64,000 nucleotides of DNA. Source: Myxococcota bacterium (GTDB lineage: Bacteria > Myxococcota_A > UBA9160 > UBA6930). Made by a program: the position numbers and the translations under genes. Shown piece by piece: positions 1 to 8,264 of the stretch; positions within the stretch are counted from its first letter, which is position 1, and each line of letters starts with the position of its first letter. The notes under the pieces were generated by a model. The model made no database searches, was not told where the DNA came from, and was given only the letters and a program-made list of their open reading frames with translations. Location of the stretch: NCBI GenBank assembly GCA_965223705.1, contig OZ245015.1, positions 384,001 to 448,000 of the forward strand, read 5' to 3'.

Positions 1-2
1 GG

Positions 3-740
3 CCGCTCTTCATCACGCGCCGCGTTCGGGGTGAATCGATTCCGCGGCGGATCCTCCGGTTGTGCGAAGGGCAGCCGGGTCTCGGGGAGCGCGTCGCGTA
101 TCAGTGCGGCGAGGCGATGGCGCGCCTCCACGCTGTGCCCGAAGCGGAAGTCGACCCCGGGGTCGAAGGGCCCGCCGAAGGTGATCCCGGCCTTCATGCG
201 CTCCGCGATCTCCAGGAAAAAAACGCGGCGCTTCTCCAGCCTTCCCCGGCGATGACGTTGGCGTTGGTGTGGCTCGAACGAAACTTGCCAAAACCTCCCG
301 CTTCGGGGCTTTCCCTCGTCCATGGCGATTGGCGCAATGGCAACATCGCCGTTAGCGAGCGCGGACTCGAAGCGGCGTACGACTGGGAAATCGCTCACCT
401 CGGAGATCCCATGGAAGATCTCGCGTGGATCTGTGTGCGCTCCTGGCGGTTCCGAAACGATCATCTCGAAGTCGGAGGTTTCGCGAAACGCGACGCGTTG
501 TTCGAGGGCTATCGCGCCGGAGGAGGCACGATCGACGCGGAGCGTTTTCGCTGGTGGAAAGTGCTTCGCACTGCCTGGTGGGGACTCGGACTCGCGGACC
601 AAGCGGCGTCCCACTTGGATGGTTCCTTCTCTTCGATCGTGATGGCGGCGAGCGGCCGCCGCGTCGCCGAGCTCGAGTACGACGTGCTCATGCTACTTTC
701 CCGCGAATACGCGCCCTTCGGCACAAAGGTCCCATCATGA
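3..740 (+). CDS. Phosphotransferase (APH/choline-kinase-like) family protein, 5'-truncated by the window edge
   Basis: Frame is open from base 3 (PLFITRRVRGESIPRR...); Brenner motif VHGDWRNGN, then DWEIAHLGDPMEDLAW. Confidence 0.85.
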   Translation, partial: PLFITRRVRGESIPRRILRLCEGQPGLGERVAYQCGEAMARLHAVPEAEVDPGVEGPAEGDPGLHALRDLQEKNAALLQPSPAMTLALVWLERNLPKPPASGLSLVHGDWRNGNIAVSERGLEAAYDWEIAHLGDPMEDLAWICVRSWRFRNDHLEVGGFAKRDALFEGYRAGGGTIDAERFRWWKVLRTAWWGLGLADQAASHLDGSFSSIVMAASGRRVAELEYDVLMLLSREYAPFGTKVPS

Positions 741-1048
741 AGACTCGTCACACCCGAAGTATCGCCCGCAAGTTGTTGCTGCGGTCGCCGCTGTTCCTCA
801 TCACCGCGCTCGTGGTCGCGTGCCAATCACCGCCGCCGGTGGTCAACGTCCAAGCACCGCCGTGTGATTGCGCCTGCAACTTCAAAGCGACGACGCCTCA
901 AATCGGCAAGGGTTGTCACGTGCAGGGCGACGTCCTGATCTGCCCTTTGGTACGACGCACGCTGGATATCGAGCCCGCCTACCCGAGCGAAGACCCGCGC
1001 TGCGAGCGCCAACCCGACGGCACGATGGCGTGTGAGATCGTCGACTAG
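737..1048 (+). CDS. Small Cys-rich hypothetical lipoprotein (103 aa)
   Basis: ATG overlaps the upstream stop (ATGA); basic N-terminus, hydrophobic stretch, lipobox-like VVAC; 7 further Cys. Confidence 0.65.
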   Translation: MKTRHTRSIARKLLLRSPLFLITALVVACQSPPPVVNVQAPPCDCACNFKATTPQIGKGCHVQGDVLICPLVRRTLDIEPAYPSEDPRCERQPDGTMACEIVD

Positions 1049-1137
1049 CCGAACTTCCGGCAGTCGACTAGCCGAACTTCCGGCAGTGCGAGATCGTCGA
1101 TTAGCCGAACTTCCGGCAGTGCGAGATCGTCGACTAG
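1030..1137. repeat. Imperfect 33-bp tandem repeat (GTGYGAGATCGTCGAYTAGCCGAACTTCCGGCA) copying the 3' end of the 737-1048 gene
   Basis: Units at 1030-1062, 1063-1085 (truncated), 1086-1118 and 1119-1137 (partial). Confidence 0.95.
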
Positions 1138-2226
1138 CTAACGCTCGATCGACAGAAACGCGCCATCGCCGAGCGCGATCCCATCGACGGAATCGTGCGC
1201 GTCACCCCGTGGGCGAAACTGAAAGCGTCGCAACTCCCCCGGTGAGAAGCGGAGCTCCTCCCGCAAACCGCGCAAGGCGCCGCGCAAGAGCCCGGTGGCG
1301 ACGATCCCCATGGTGAATCGCGCGTTGAATTCGACGACGGCGCGCAGTTTCTCCTGTCCGTCAGCGGCGCGGTAGCTCAACGCGTCGACCCCGCAGGGCC
1401 CGCGGTAGCCGGCCCGCGCGGCGGACGAGGCGACACACGAGGCGGCTTCGCGCAGTTCTTCTTCCCACGCTTCTCCGGTTCGAACGCGCCCTCGCGAATC
1501 GATCTCGCCCCGGTGGCCCAGGAACGCGCCCCGCGCGGACACGTCCTGACGAAGACTCCCCAAAAGACGCAGGCTTCCGTCCGCTTCGACGGCGAACTGC
1601 ACCGAGAAATCGGCGATTCGATCGAGTGCGGGTTCGACGACGACACCGCCGCGTCCCCGAAGACCGGTGAGCGCGGGTGCGAGTTCTTCGCCGAAAGAAG
1701 CCACGGCCATCGTCCGCTGCCCCCGCCCCGTCGTTCCCAAGCGCGGTTTCAGCACGACGCGCGGAGCTCTTTCCCCCGATGCCGGATGGAAGTGCGCACG
1801 GAGCACGTCTGCCGCCGCATCGGGTTCCTCGAGATCGGCTTCGTCGAGGATGCACACGGCATCGAGGAATTCATCCGCGTCGAGGTTCTCCTCGCGCGCC
1901 GTTCGAATCGCGAAGGCCTTGTCGTGAGTCGCCAAGACGGTCGGAGGATCCGCCCCGCCGACCTGCGACACACCTTCGGCTCGCAAGCGTTCGCAGGCTG
2001 CCTCGGTATTGATCCACGCCCACCCGGAAGCGTTTTTCAGGAAATCGAAAATCGCCTCCTCGGGGGCGGGGCCGATCGCGGGGGGCCACGCCAGAACGGC
2101 TCCACCGAGAAGCGAGGCGCCGCGACCGAAGAGCCACGACCAGAGTGCCGCGGCCTTGGCCGCCTCGGGCGGAAGCGGGTCCGGTGGCTGGGGTTCTTCG
2201 CCGCCGAGGTTCCCGAGGAGCTTCAT
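1138..2226 (-). CDS. ATP-grasp-fold protein of unknown function
   Basis: VVLKPRLGTTGRGQ, VVVEP, GYRGPCGVDA and EFNARFTMG resemble ATP-grasp motifs; 4-bp overlap with the upstream gene. Confidence 0.7.
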   Translation of the reverse strand: MKLLGNLGGEEPQPPDPLPPEAAKAAALWSWLFGRGASLLGGAVLAWPPAIGPAPEEAIFDFLKNASGWAWINTEAACERLRAEGVSQVGGADPPTVLATHDKAFAIRTAREENLDADEFLDAVCILDEADLEEPDAAADVLRAHFHPASGERAPRVVLKPRLGTTGRGQRTMAVASFGEELAPALTGLRGRGGVVVEPALDRIADFSVQFAVEADGSLRLLGSLRQDVSARGAFLGHRGEIDSRGRVRTGEAWEEELREAASCVASSAARAGYRGPCGVDALSYRAADGQEKLRAVVEFNARFTMGIVATGLLRGALRGLREELRFSPGELRRFQFRPRGDAHDSVDGIALGDGAFLSIER

Positions 2227-3041
2227 CGGCTTTTCCGCGCTTCGCGGACGTAGTCGATAAAACCGTCGCTAAGCCCCGCAAGGCGTCGCGGTTCGACGCG
2301 AAAATCCTTGCCTTTGGCGCGAGCCGCAGAGAGCGGAAAGGGAACCGCGTCGACGTAGCGGCGAGTTTCGTCCGTTTCGTCCGACAAGCGTCCGAGCCAC
2401 TCTCGAGCGCTCGCGACGTGACGGATCTCGTCCCGGTGAACTTCTTCGAGGACGTCCGCGCTCTCCGGATCGCCTGCGCGTCGGAATCCCTCGGCGTAGT
2501 AGAGCGTAAAGTCGAGGTTCGCTTGCTCGAGGGTGAGGCCCAGCCCGGCGAGAAACGAGCGCGGGCCAGCGTGCGACTGATCCATGCGCTCGACTTGCTT
2601 CCAGAAGTAGCCGCCGGGCGGTTCGTCACCGAGCTCCCCGTCGTGAGCCCGGAGGCGTTCCAGGTACATCCGGCAGTGTCGCTGCTCATCGCCGAGTGTC
2701 AGAAGCCAATCGTTTCGCAAGCCGACGGGAACATCGGGCCAACGCAAGATGGCCCAGGCGAGCATTTCCACGGCCATCAATTCGTGGTGCGCAAAGCGCT
2801 CGAGGCAACGGCTTCGTTCTCGCTTGTCCGAGAGGGCGCGGAGCGGCGGGAGCCGCGGGTTGCCTTCGACGAGGGTGAGCTTCGGCACACGCGCGGGCCA
2901 CTTCGGCGGGGGTGCGCTCGGTGCGAAGCCAGTGAGCGCGGGTGAGTCCGCTGGTTCGAGCTTTGGGGCGAGCTCCCCCTCTTCGAGGATGCGCCGGCAG
3001 AATTGCTCGAGCGGGTCTTTTGTCCGAAGCGCGCCGCGCAC
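2223..3041 (-). CDS. Ferritin-like di-iron protein, DUF455 family
   Basis: FAHHELMAVE, DEQRH, LEQANLDF and DEIRHV carboxylate/His motifs; GTG start at 3041 preceded by AGGAGAG. Confidence 0.8.
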   Translation of the reverse strand: MRGALRTKDPLEQFCRRILEEGELAPKLEPADSPALTGFAPSAPPPKWPARVPKLTLVEGNPRLPPLRALSDKRERSRCLERFAHHELMAVEMLAWAILRWPDVPVGLRNDWLLTLGDEQRHCRMYLERLRAHDGELGDEPPGGYFWKQVERMDQSHAGPRSFLAGLGLTLEQANLDFTLYYAEGFRRAGDPESADVLEEVHRDEIRHVASAREWLGRLSDETDETRRYVDAVPFPLSAARAKGKDFRVEPRRLAGLSDGFIDYVREARKSR

Positions 3042-3296
3042 GACGTTCTCTCCTGCAGTCGATTTTCCCGAGGGGAAGATACCAAAACGTCTGGGAAAAC
3101 CGGGGCTTACCGAGGTGTGGGTCAAATCCTTCAGGGCCGGTCTGGGTGGATCCTCAAATCTCTCGATTTGCCCATAGAAAACGGATAGTTACAGACTTTC
3201 TCCGACGGAGGCCACGGACGTTGTGGAAGAGACGTTCTGCTACGATAGATCTCCCCTCGCCCGTCTGCGCCGGGTTCATTGAGAGACCGAGCCGTG

Positions 3297-4334
3297 ATGA
3301 AGGACAAAGACCGTTACTGGGATTGCTTGGACCATGCAATGGAAGCATCCCATGGTGGTCGCACCGACGAAGCACTCGCCTGGTTAGAAGAGGCACTGAA
3401 AGCCGTTCCGAACGGTGCGGAAGCGCACAACGGTCGCGGCGAAATCCTATGGGACGAGGGCAAGGTCGACGAAGCCGTCTACGAGTTCGAGCTCGCGACG
3501 ATGGCGGATCCGAAATTCATGACGGCGCACTTGAATCGCGCGGAGCTCTTGATCGAAGAGCTCGGCGAGTTCGAGCAAGCGATCCGCGTGTGCGACGAGC
3601 TCCTTTCGGGGCGCAGCGAGCTACCCCGGCCGGATCGTTCCACGGAAGCCGAGATCTACTACCTGAAGTCGAAGGCGCTCTTCTACCTGGACGATCTCGA
3701 CGGCGCGCTCTTTCTCGTGCGCCGGGCGAGCAAAGCGTCGGGCGATGTCGCGGTCTACCGCGCTTTCGAGGGGCAGATCAGTTTCGAGCTCGGTTCCTTC
3801 GACGAGGCGTTGGTTCTTCTCGAGCAGGCGACGCTTCTCGATCCCGAGGCACCCCACGCGCTCTATCACCTGGGGCTCGTGCTCGAGCGAACCGGCCGCG
3901 AAAGCGACGCGGTGGCCGCCTTCGCCCGGGCGCACGCCCTCGAGCCCGATCACTACCCGACGCCGGTCGAGATCGATCTCGACACGTTCGAGGCCGCGGC
4001 CGCTGCGGCGCTCGCAAACCTGCCCCGCTCGATTCGCGAGTACGTCGAGCACGTGCCGGTTCTCATCGAGGATTTCCCGTCGCCGGAGCTTTTGGGCGAG
4101 GAGGAAATCTCCCCCCAGATCCTCGGCATCTTCATCGGCGTACCGCGAACCGAGGCCGCCGTCACCGCCCAGGCGCGCGACGTCGACCGTGTGGTGCTCT
4201 TCAAAAAGAACCTCGAAAAAGTTTGTCGCACCCACGCTGAACTGGTCGACCAAATCCAGATCACGGTGAAACACGAAATCGGACATTACCTGGGGCTCGA
4301 CGAGGACGATCTCGATCGCCTGGGCCTCGCCTAG
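3297..4334 (+). CDS. TPR-repeat protein fused to a C-terminal minimal zincin metallopeptidase (DUF1025-like)
   Basis: Multiple TPR-like helices (AEAHNGRGEIL, HALYHLGLVLE); ILGIFIG...ITVKHEIGHYLGLDEDDL (HExxH). Confidence 0.85.
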   Translation: MKDKDRYWDCLDHAMEASHGGRTDEALAWLEEALKAVPNGAEAHNGRGEILWDEGKVDEAVYEFELATMADPKFMTAHLNRAELLIEELGEFEQAIRVCDELLSGRSELPRPDRSTEAEIYYLKSKALFYLDDLDGALFLVRRASKASGDVAVYRAFEGQISFELGSFDEALVLLEQATLLDPEAPHALYHLGLVLERTGRESDAVAAFARAHALEPDHYPTPVEIDLDTFEAAAAAALANLPRSIREYVEHVPVLIEDFPSPELLGEEEISPQILGIFIGVPRTEAAVTAQARDVDRVVLFKKNLEKVCRTHAELVDQIQITVKHEIGHYLGLDEDDLDRLGLA

Positions 4335-5770
4335 ATGACCGAGCTCGTCGAGAAGCTCCGCGCCATCGTCGGCGACGAGGCCGTTCTCGCAAAAGACGAA
4401 GAGCTCTTCGTCTACGAAGTCGACGGGCTCACCTTGCACGCGGGCCGTCCGGCGGCGGTCGTTCTTCCCGAGACCGCGCTCCAAATATCGCAAGTGGTGC
4501 GGGCTTGCCGGGAAGCCGGCGTGCCCTTCGTTCCGCGCGGCGCCGGTACCGGTTTGTCCGGCGGCGCCGTCGCGATCGAGGGGGGCGTCGTCATCGAATG
4601 TCAGCGCATGCGGCGCATCCTCGAAGTGAACCCCGTAGATCGACTGGCCGTCGTGCAGCCCGGCGTCGTGAACGCGGAGCTTTCCGATGCCGTCGCTCAC
4701 CTCGGTTTGTTCTATGCGCCCGACCCGTCGAGCCAGCAAGCCTGCACGATCGGCGGCAACGTCGCCGAGAATTCCGGCGGCCCTCACACGTTGAAGTACG
4801 GGACGACTACGGACCATATCCTCTCGCTCGAACTGGTGTTGCCAGACGGTGAGATCGTCCGCATCGGTTCGGACGCCGGCGGCCAAGCGGGCTACGACTT
4901 GCTGGGCGCCCTCGTCGGCAGCGAGGGAACCCTCGGAATCGTCACGGAAATCACGGTGCGTTTGACGCCGCTCCCCGAACGAATCGAAACGCTCCTGGCC
5001 GTGTTCCCCGACGTCGTTTCGGCGTGTCGCGCGGTAACGTCGATGATTCGCTCGGGCCTCGTGCCGGCGTCCCTCGAAGTCGCGGACCAGCGCACCATCG
5101 CCGCTGTCGAGGCGAGTGTCTACGCCGCCGGGCTGCCGACCGATGCGGGTGCGTGTTGCTGATCGAACTCGACGGCGTCCCCGCCGCGGTCGAGCAACAG
5201 GTCGCCCGTGTGCGCGAGCATTGCCGTGACGCGGGTGCCGACCGGGTCGAAGTCGCAAAGGACGAACAGGAACGACAACGTTTCTGGCGCGCCCGAAAAG
5301 GCGCGTTCGGCGCCATGGGGCGGCTCGGACCGGATCTGTACGTCCACGACGCGGTCGTTCCGCGCACGAAACTCCCGGAGATTCTCGAGCGTGTGTGCGC
5401 CATCGCGGACGAGCATCGGCTCACGTTGTCGAACGTGTTTCACGCGGGCGATGGCAATCTCCACCCGAACATCTCCTTCGACCGGAGAGACGAGGACGAG
5501 CTCAAGCGTGTCATCGCGGCGGGCGAGGAGATCCTCCGCACCTGCGTCGAGGCCGGCGGCGTCATCACCGGAGAGCACGGGATTGGCACCGAGAAACGCG
5601 AATTCATGCCGCTGCTTTTCAGCGAGTCCGATCTCGACGCGATGCGCGCGCTGCGCGGCGTCTTCGATCCCGAGCTCGTCTGTAACCCCGGAAAGGTCTT
5701 CCCGACGACGCGCTTCTGCGTGGAAGCGAACCCGAAGGCGCGGGGCTACGACCGAGTGCCCTTCAGTTGA
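4335..5770 (+). pseudogene. glcD: Glycolate oxidase subunit GlcD with a single-base frameshift near 5152 (sequencing error or true lesion)
   Basis: N-half has PRGAGTGLSGG, APDPSS and GSEGTLG; C-half has HAGDGNLHP, GEHGIG and NPGK; the halves join as DAGA/VLLIELDG if one base is restored. Confidence 0.85.
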
Positions 5771-6990
5771 GCCGCGTTCGAGAACTTCGCGATGCACTCG
5801 GCGACGGCTGCGTAGGACAGCAAGAGCCGCTCGACATCGACGGCGAAGCAGTCAGCATCGTGGTCACGCCGAAATCTTCCGACGCTTTGTGCGAAGCCCT
5901 CAGCGCGATCCAGCGATTGGGCCTCGCCGCGCTGATCTGCGGCGGTGGAACGCGACTCGGTCTCGGCAATCCCCCGCGCCGCGCCGATCTCCTGTTGTCG
6001 ACCTCGGGGCTCTCGGGAATTGTTGAACTCGACGGGGCTGAGGGCGTGCTCTCGGCGGGCGCCGGGACGCCGCTTTCCGTCCTTCGCGAAGCGGCGCACG
6101 CAGCGGGTTGGCAGCTGCCGTTCGATCCGCCCGGTGCGACGTCGACGCTCGGCGGTGCGCTCGCGAGCGCCGCGGTGGGGCCGCGCTTCCCGTCGCCTCG
6201 GGCCTTCACACTGGGCCTCTCGATCGCCGGACCCGACGGGACCCGCACGCGCTTCGGAGGTCGTGTCGTCAAGAACGTGACGGGATACGACCTGGTCAAA
6301 GTCCACGTCGGGGCCTGCGGAAGTCTCGGTGTGCTCGAATCCGCCTGGGTTCGGCTGCAACCGATTCCGGAAGCTGTGGAAAACTACGCCGTCCGCATGA
6401 GCTTTGAAGATTGCTCCGAAGCCTGGGGACGCGTGCTCGAGGCGTCCCGTTTATCGAGTGTTCGCATGGCTGCTTGCGACGCGACGTCGGGCGAGGGAGA
6501 TCCGTTGCTCGCATTCGAGCTCGCCGGCGATGCGCCCGCGGTTGCGCGCGAAGCGGAGTCGCTGCGCAAGCTTCTCGCGGTCGAGCGAGACGACTCGGAG
6601 CGCGCTTCGAACGTTCGAGATGCCCAGGGCCGGTGTCCCGAGGGCGGCATCGCCGTTCGTCTCCGAAGCCTGCCGAGCCAGCTGCCCGCGGTCGTCGATC
6701 TCCTGGCCGGAGAAGGCGGGCGCTCGCTGCTCTACCCGCATCGAAGCGAACTCTTCGTCCAGTTCGAGGACGTCGCCGGCGGGAGGATCGATCTCGTGAT
6801 GGAGTGCGTCGCGCGAGCTGCGGAGCTCGGTCGCGGCTACTACGTCGTTTCGGGAGCCCCGAAGGCGCTCAAAGAACGCTTCGATGTTTTCGGATTTGCC
6901 GAATCGCAACGCCCGCTCTTCGAGAACATGAAGCGCGCATTCGATCCCGAAGGGACGCTGAACCCCGGTCGCTTCGCGGGGCGCCTGTGA
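5767..6990 (+). CDS. glcE: Glycolate oxidase FAD-binding subunit GlcE
   Basis: FGGRVVKNVTGYDL, FDPEGTLNPGRF; lies between glcD and glcF. Confidence 0.85.
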   Translation: MSRVRELRDALGDGCVGQQEPLDIDGEAVSIVVTPKSSDALCEALSAIQRLGLAALICGGGTRLGLGNPPRRADLLLSTSGLSGIVELDGAEGVLSAGAGTPLSVLREAAHAAGWQLPFDPPGATSTLGGALASAAVGPRFPSPRAFTLGLSIAGPDGTRTRFGGRVVKNVTGYDLVKVHVGACGSLGVLESAWVRLQPIPEAVENYAVRMSFEDCSEAWGRVLEASRLSSVRMAACDATSGEGDPLLAFELAGDAPAVAREAESLRKLLAVERDDSERASNVRDAQGRCPEGGIAVRLRSLPSQLPAVVDLLAGEGGRSLLYPHRSELFVQFEDVAGGRIDLVMECVARAAELGRGYYVVSGAPKALKERFDVFGFAESQRPLFENMKRAFDPEGTLNPGRFAGRL

Positions 6991-8264
6991 CCGAGACGCG
7001 CGCAAACGACAGCACGGCGCTCGACGCGATCTATCCCAAGTCTCTCGACTGTGTCCATTGCGGGCTCTGTCTCACGTCGTGCCCGACGTACCGGGTCACC
7101 GGTCGCGAAACGTCGTCGCCGAGGGGTCGTATCTACCTGATGCGCGGGGTGGCGGAGGGGAAGATCCCCCTCGGCGAAACCGTCGCCGACGAGGCGTACC
7201 TGTGTTTGGGTTGCCGCGCCTGTGAGACGGCGTGTCCCTCCGGCGTCGAGTTCGGGACCTTGATCGAGAAGACGCGAGCCGAGGCGACGCAAGCTGGCTT
7301 GCGAAAGGGCTGGGCACCGAAGATCGAGCGCTTCGCGCTCCGCCAGGTCGTCGCTCGGCGCAAGGCGCTGTCAGCACTCGTGGCGCTATTGGCGACGGGA
7401 CAACGCTTCGGTCTCGATCGCCTCGTCGCGCGCTTCTTGCCCGAATCACTCCGCGACGCGCAAGCGCTGCTCCCTCCGATCCCTCGCCTGGCCGATCGCA
7501 AGCGTCTGCCGGCTTTCTCTCCTGCGGAGGGCAAGCGACGGGGGCGAGTCGCCTTTTTCGAAGGTTGCGTGATGCCGGAGCTCTTCGGCCGCGCAAACCG
7601 GGCCACGGTCTCGGTGTTGACGCGCAACGGTTTTGACGTGGTGGTCCCGCCCGAGCAGGTATGTTGCGGTGCGCTCCACGCGCATTCGGGTGATCCCGAA
7701 GCGGCGCACGAATTGGCGGAACGGAACCTCGCGGTCTTCGGCGACGAGAACGTCGACGCCATCATCAGCAACTCGGCGGGATGCGGGGCGGCGCTCAAGG
7801 AAACCGAACATTGGCTCGGGGCCGCCGCGAAGCCCTTGGCGACGCGCACACGCGATGTTCTCGAGTTTCTCGACGCCGTCGGACTCCGCGAGCCGACGAC
7901 CGAAGTCGCGATGCGCGTGTGTTACGACGATCCGTGTCACCTGATCCACGCGCAGCGCGTGGCAGATGCCCCGCGGCGCGTGCTCGGTGCGATCCCCGGA
8001 CTCGAATTGGTGCCGCACCGCGATCCCGGAAGCTGCTGCGGCGCAGCCGGGATCTACAACGTCACGCAACCCGAGATGTCGGCAGCGGTCCTCGAGCGAA
8101 AAATGGAAGCGCTCGCTGCGGCGGCTCCCGATGCGATCGTCTCCGGCAACCCGGGATGTTTGATGCAGCTCGCGAGCGGTGTGCGACAAGCGGGACTCCG
8201 CGCACGCGTGCTCCACCCTGTGGAGCTCCTCGCCGAGGCCTACGCCGCTAGCGGTAGAGGATGA
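6987..8264 (+). CDS. glcF: Glycolate oxidase iron-sulfur subunit GlcF
   Basis: CVHCGLCLTSCP and CLGCRACETACP ferredoxin motifs, two CCG domains; GTG overlaps the glcE stop. Confidence 0.9.
   Translation: MTETRANDSTALDAIYPKSLDCVHCGLCLTSCPTYRVTGRETSSPRGRIYLMRGVAEGKIPLGETVADEAYLCLGCRACETACPSGVEFGTLIEKTRAEATQAGLRKGWAPKIERFALRQVVARRKALSALVALLATGQRFGLDRLVARFLPESLRDAQALLPPIPRLADRKRLPAFSPAEGKRRGRVAFFEGCVMPELFGRANRATVSVLTRNGFDVVVPPEQVCCGALHAHSGDPEAAHELAERNLAVFGDENVDAIISNSAGCGAALKETEHWLGAAAKPLATRTRDVLEFLDAVGLREPTTEVAMRVCYDDPCHLIHAQRVADAPRRVLGAIPGLELVPHRDPGSCCGAAGIYNVTQPEMSAAVLERKMEALAAAAPDAIVSGNPGCLMQLASGVRQAGLRARVLHPVELLAEAYAASGRG

Noticed and set aside
1030..1137. CRISPR array or prophage att site
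   Set aside because: No spacers, and no integrase, tRNA or phage genes nearby.
3120..3180. c-di-GMP-I riboswitch on the minus strand (GGCAAA...GAGA loop)
   Set aside because: It lacks the downstream GACGCAAA/P2 elements of the consensus.
5141..5165. Programmed ribosomal frameshift in glcD
   Set aside because: No slippery heptamer or obvious stimulatory structure; a simple indel is more parsimonious.
6411..6986. N-terminal extension of the 617-aa glcF ORF
   Set aside because: It lies inside glcE; the real start is GTG 6987, overlapping the glcE stop.
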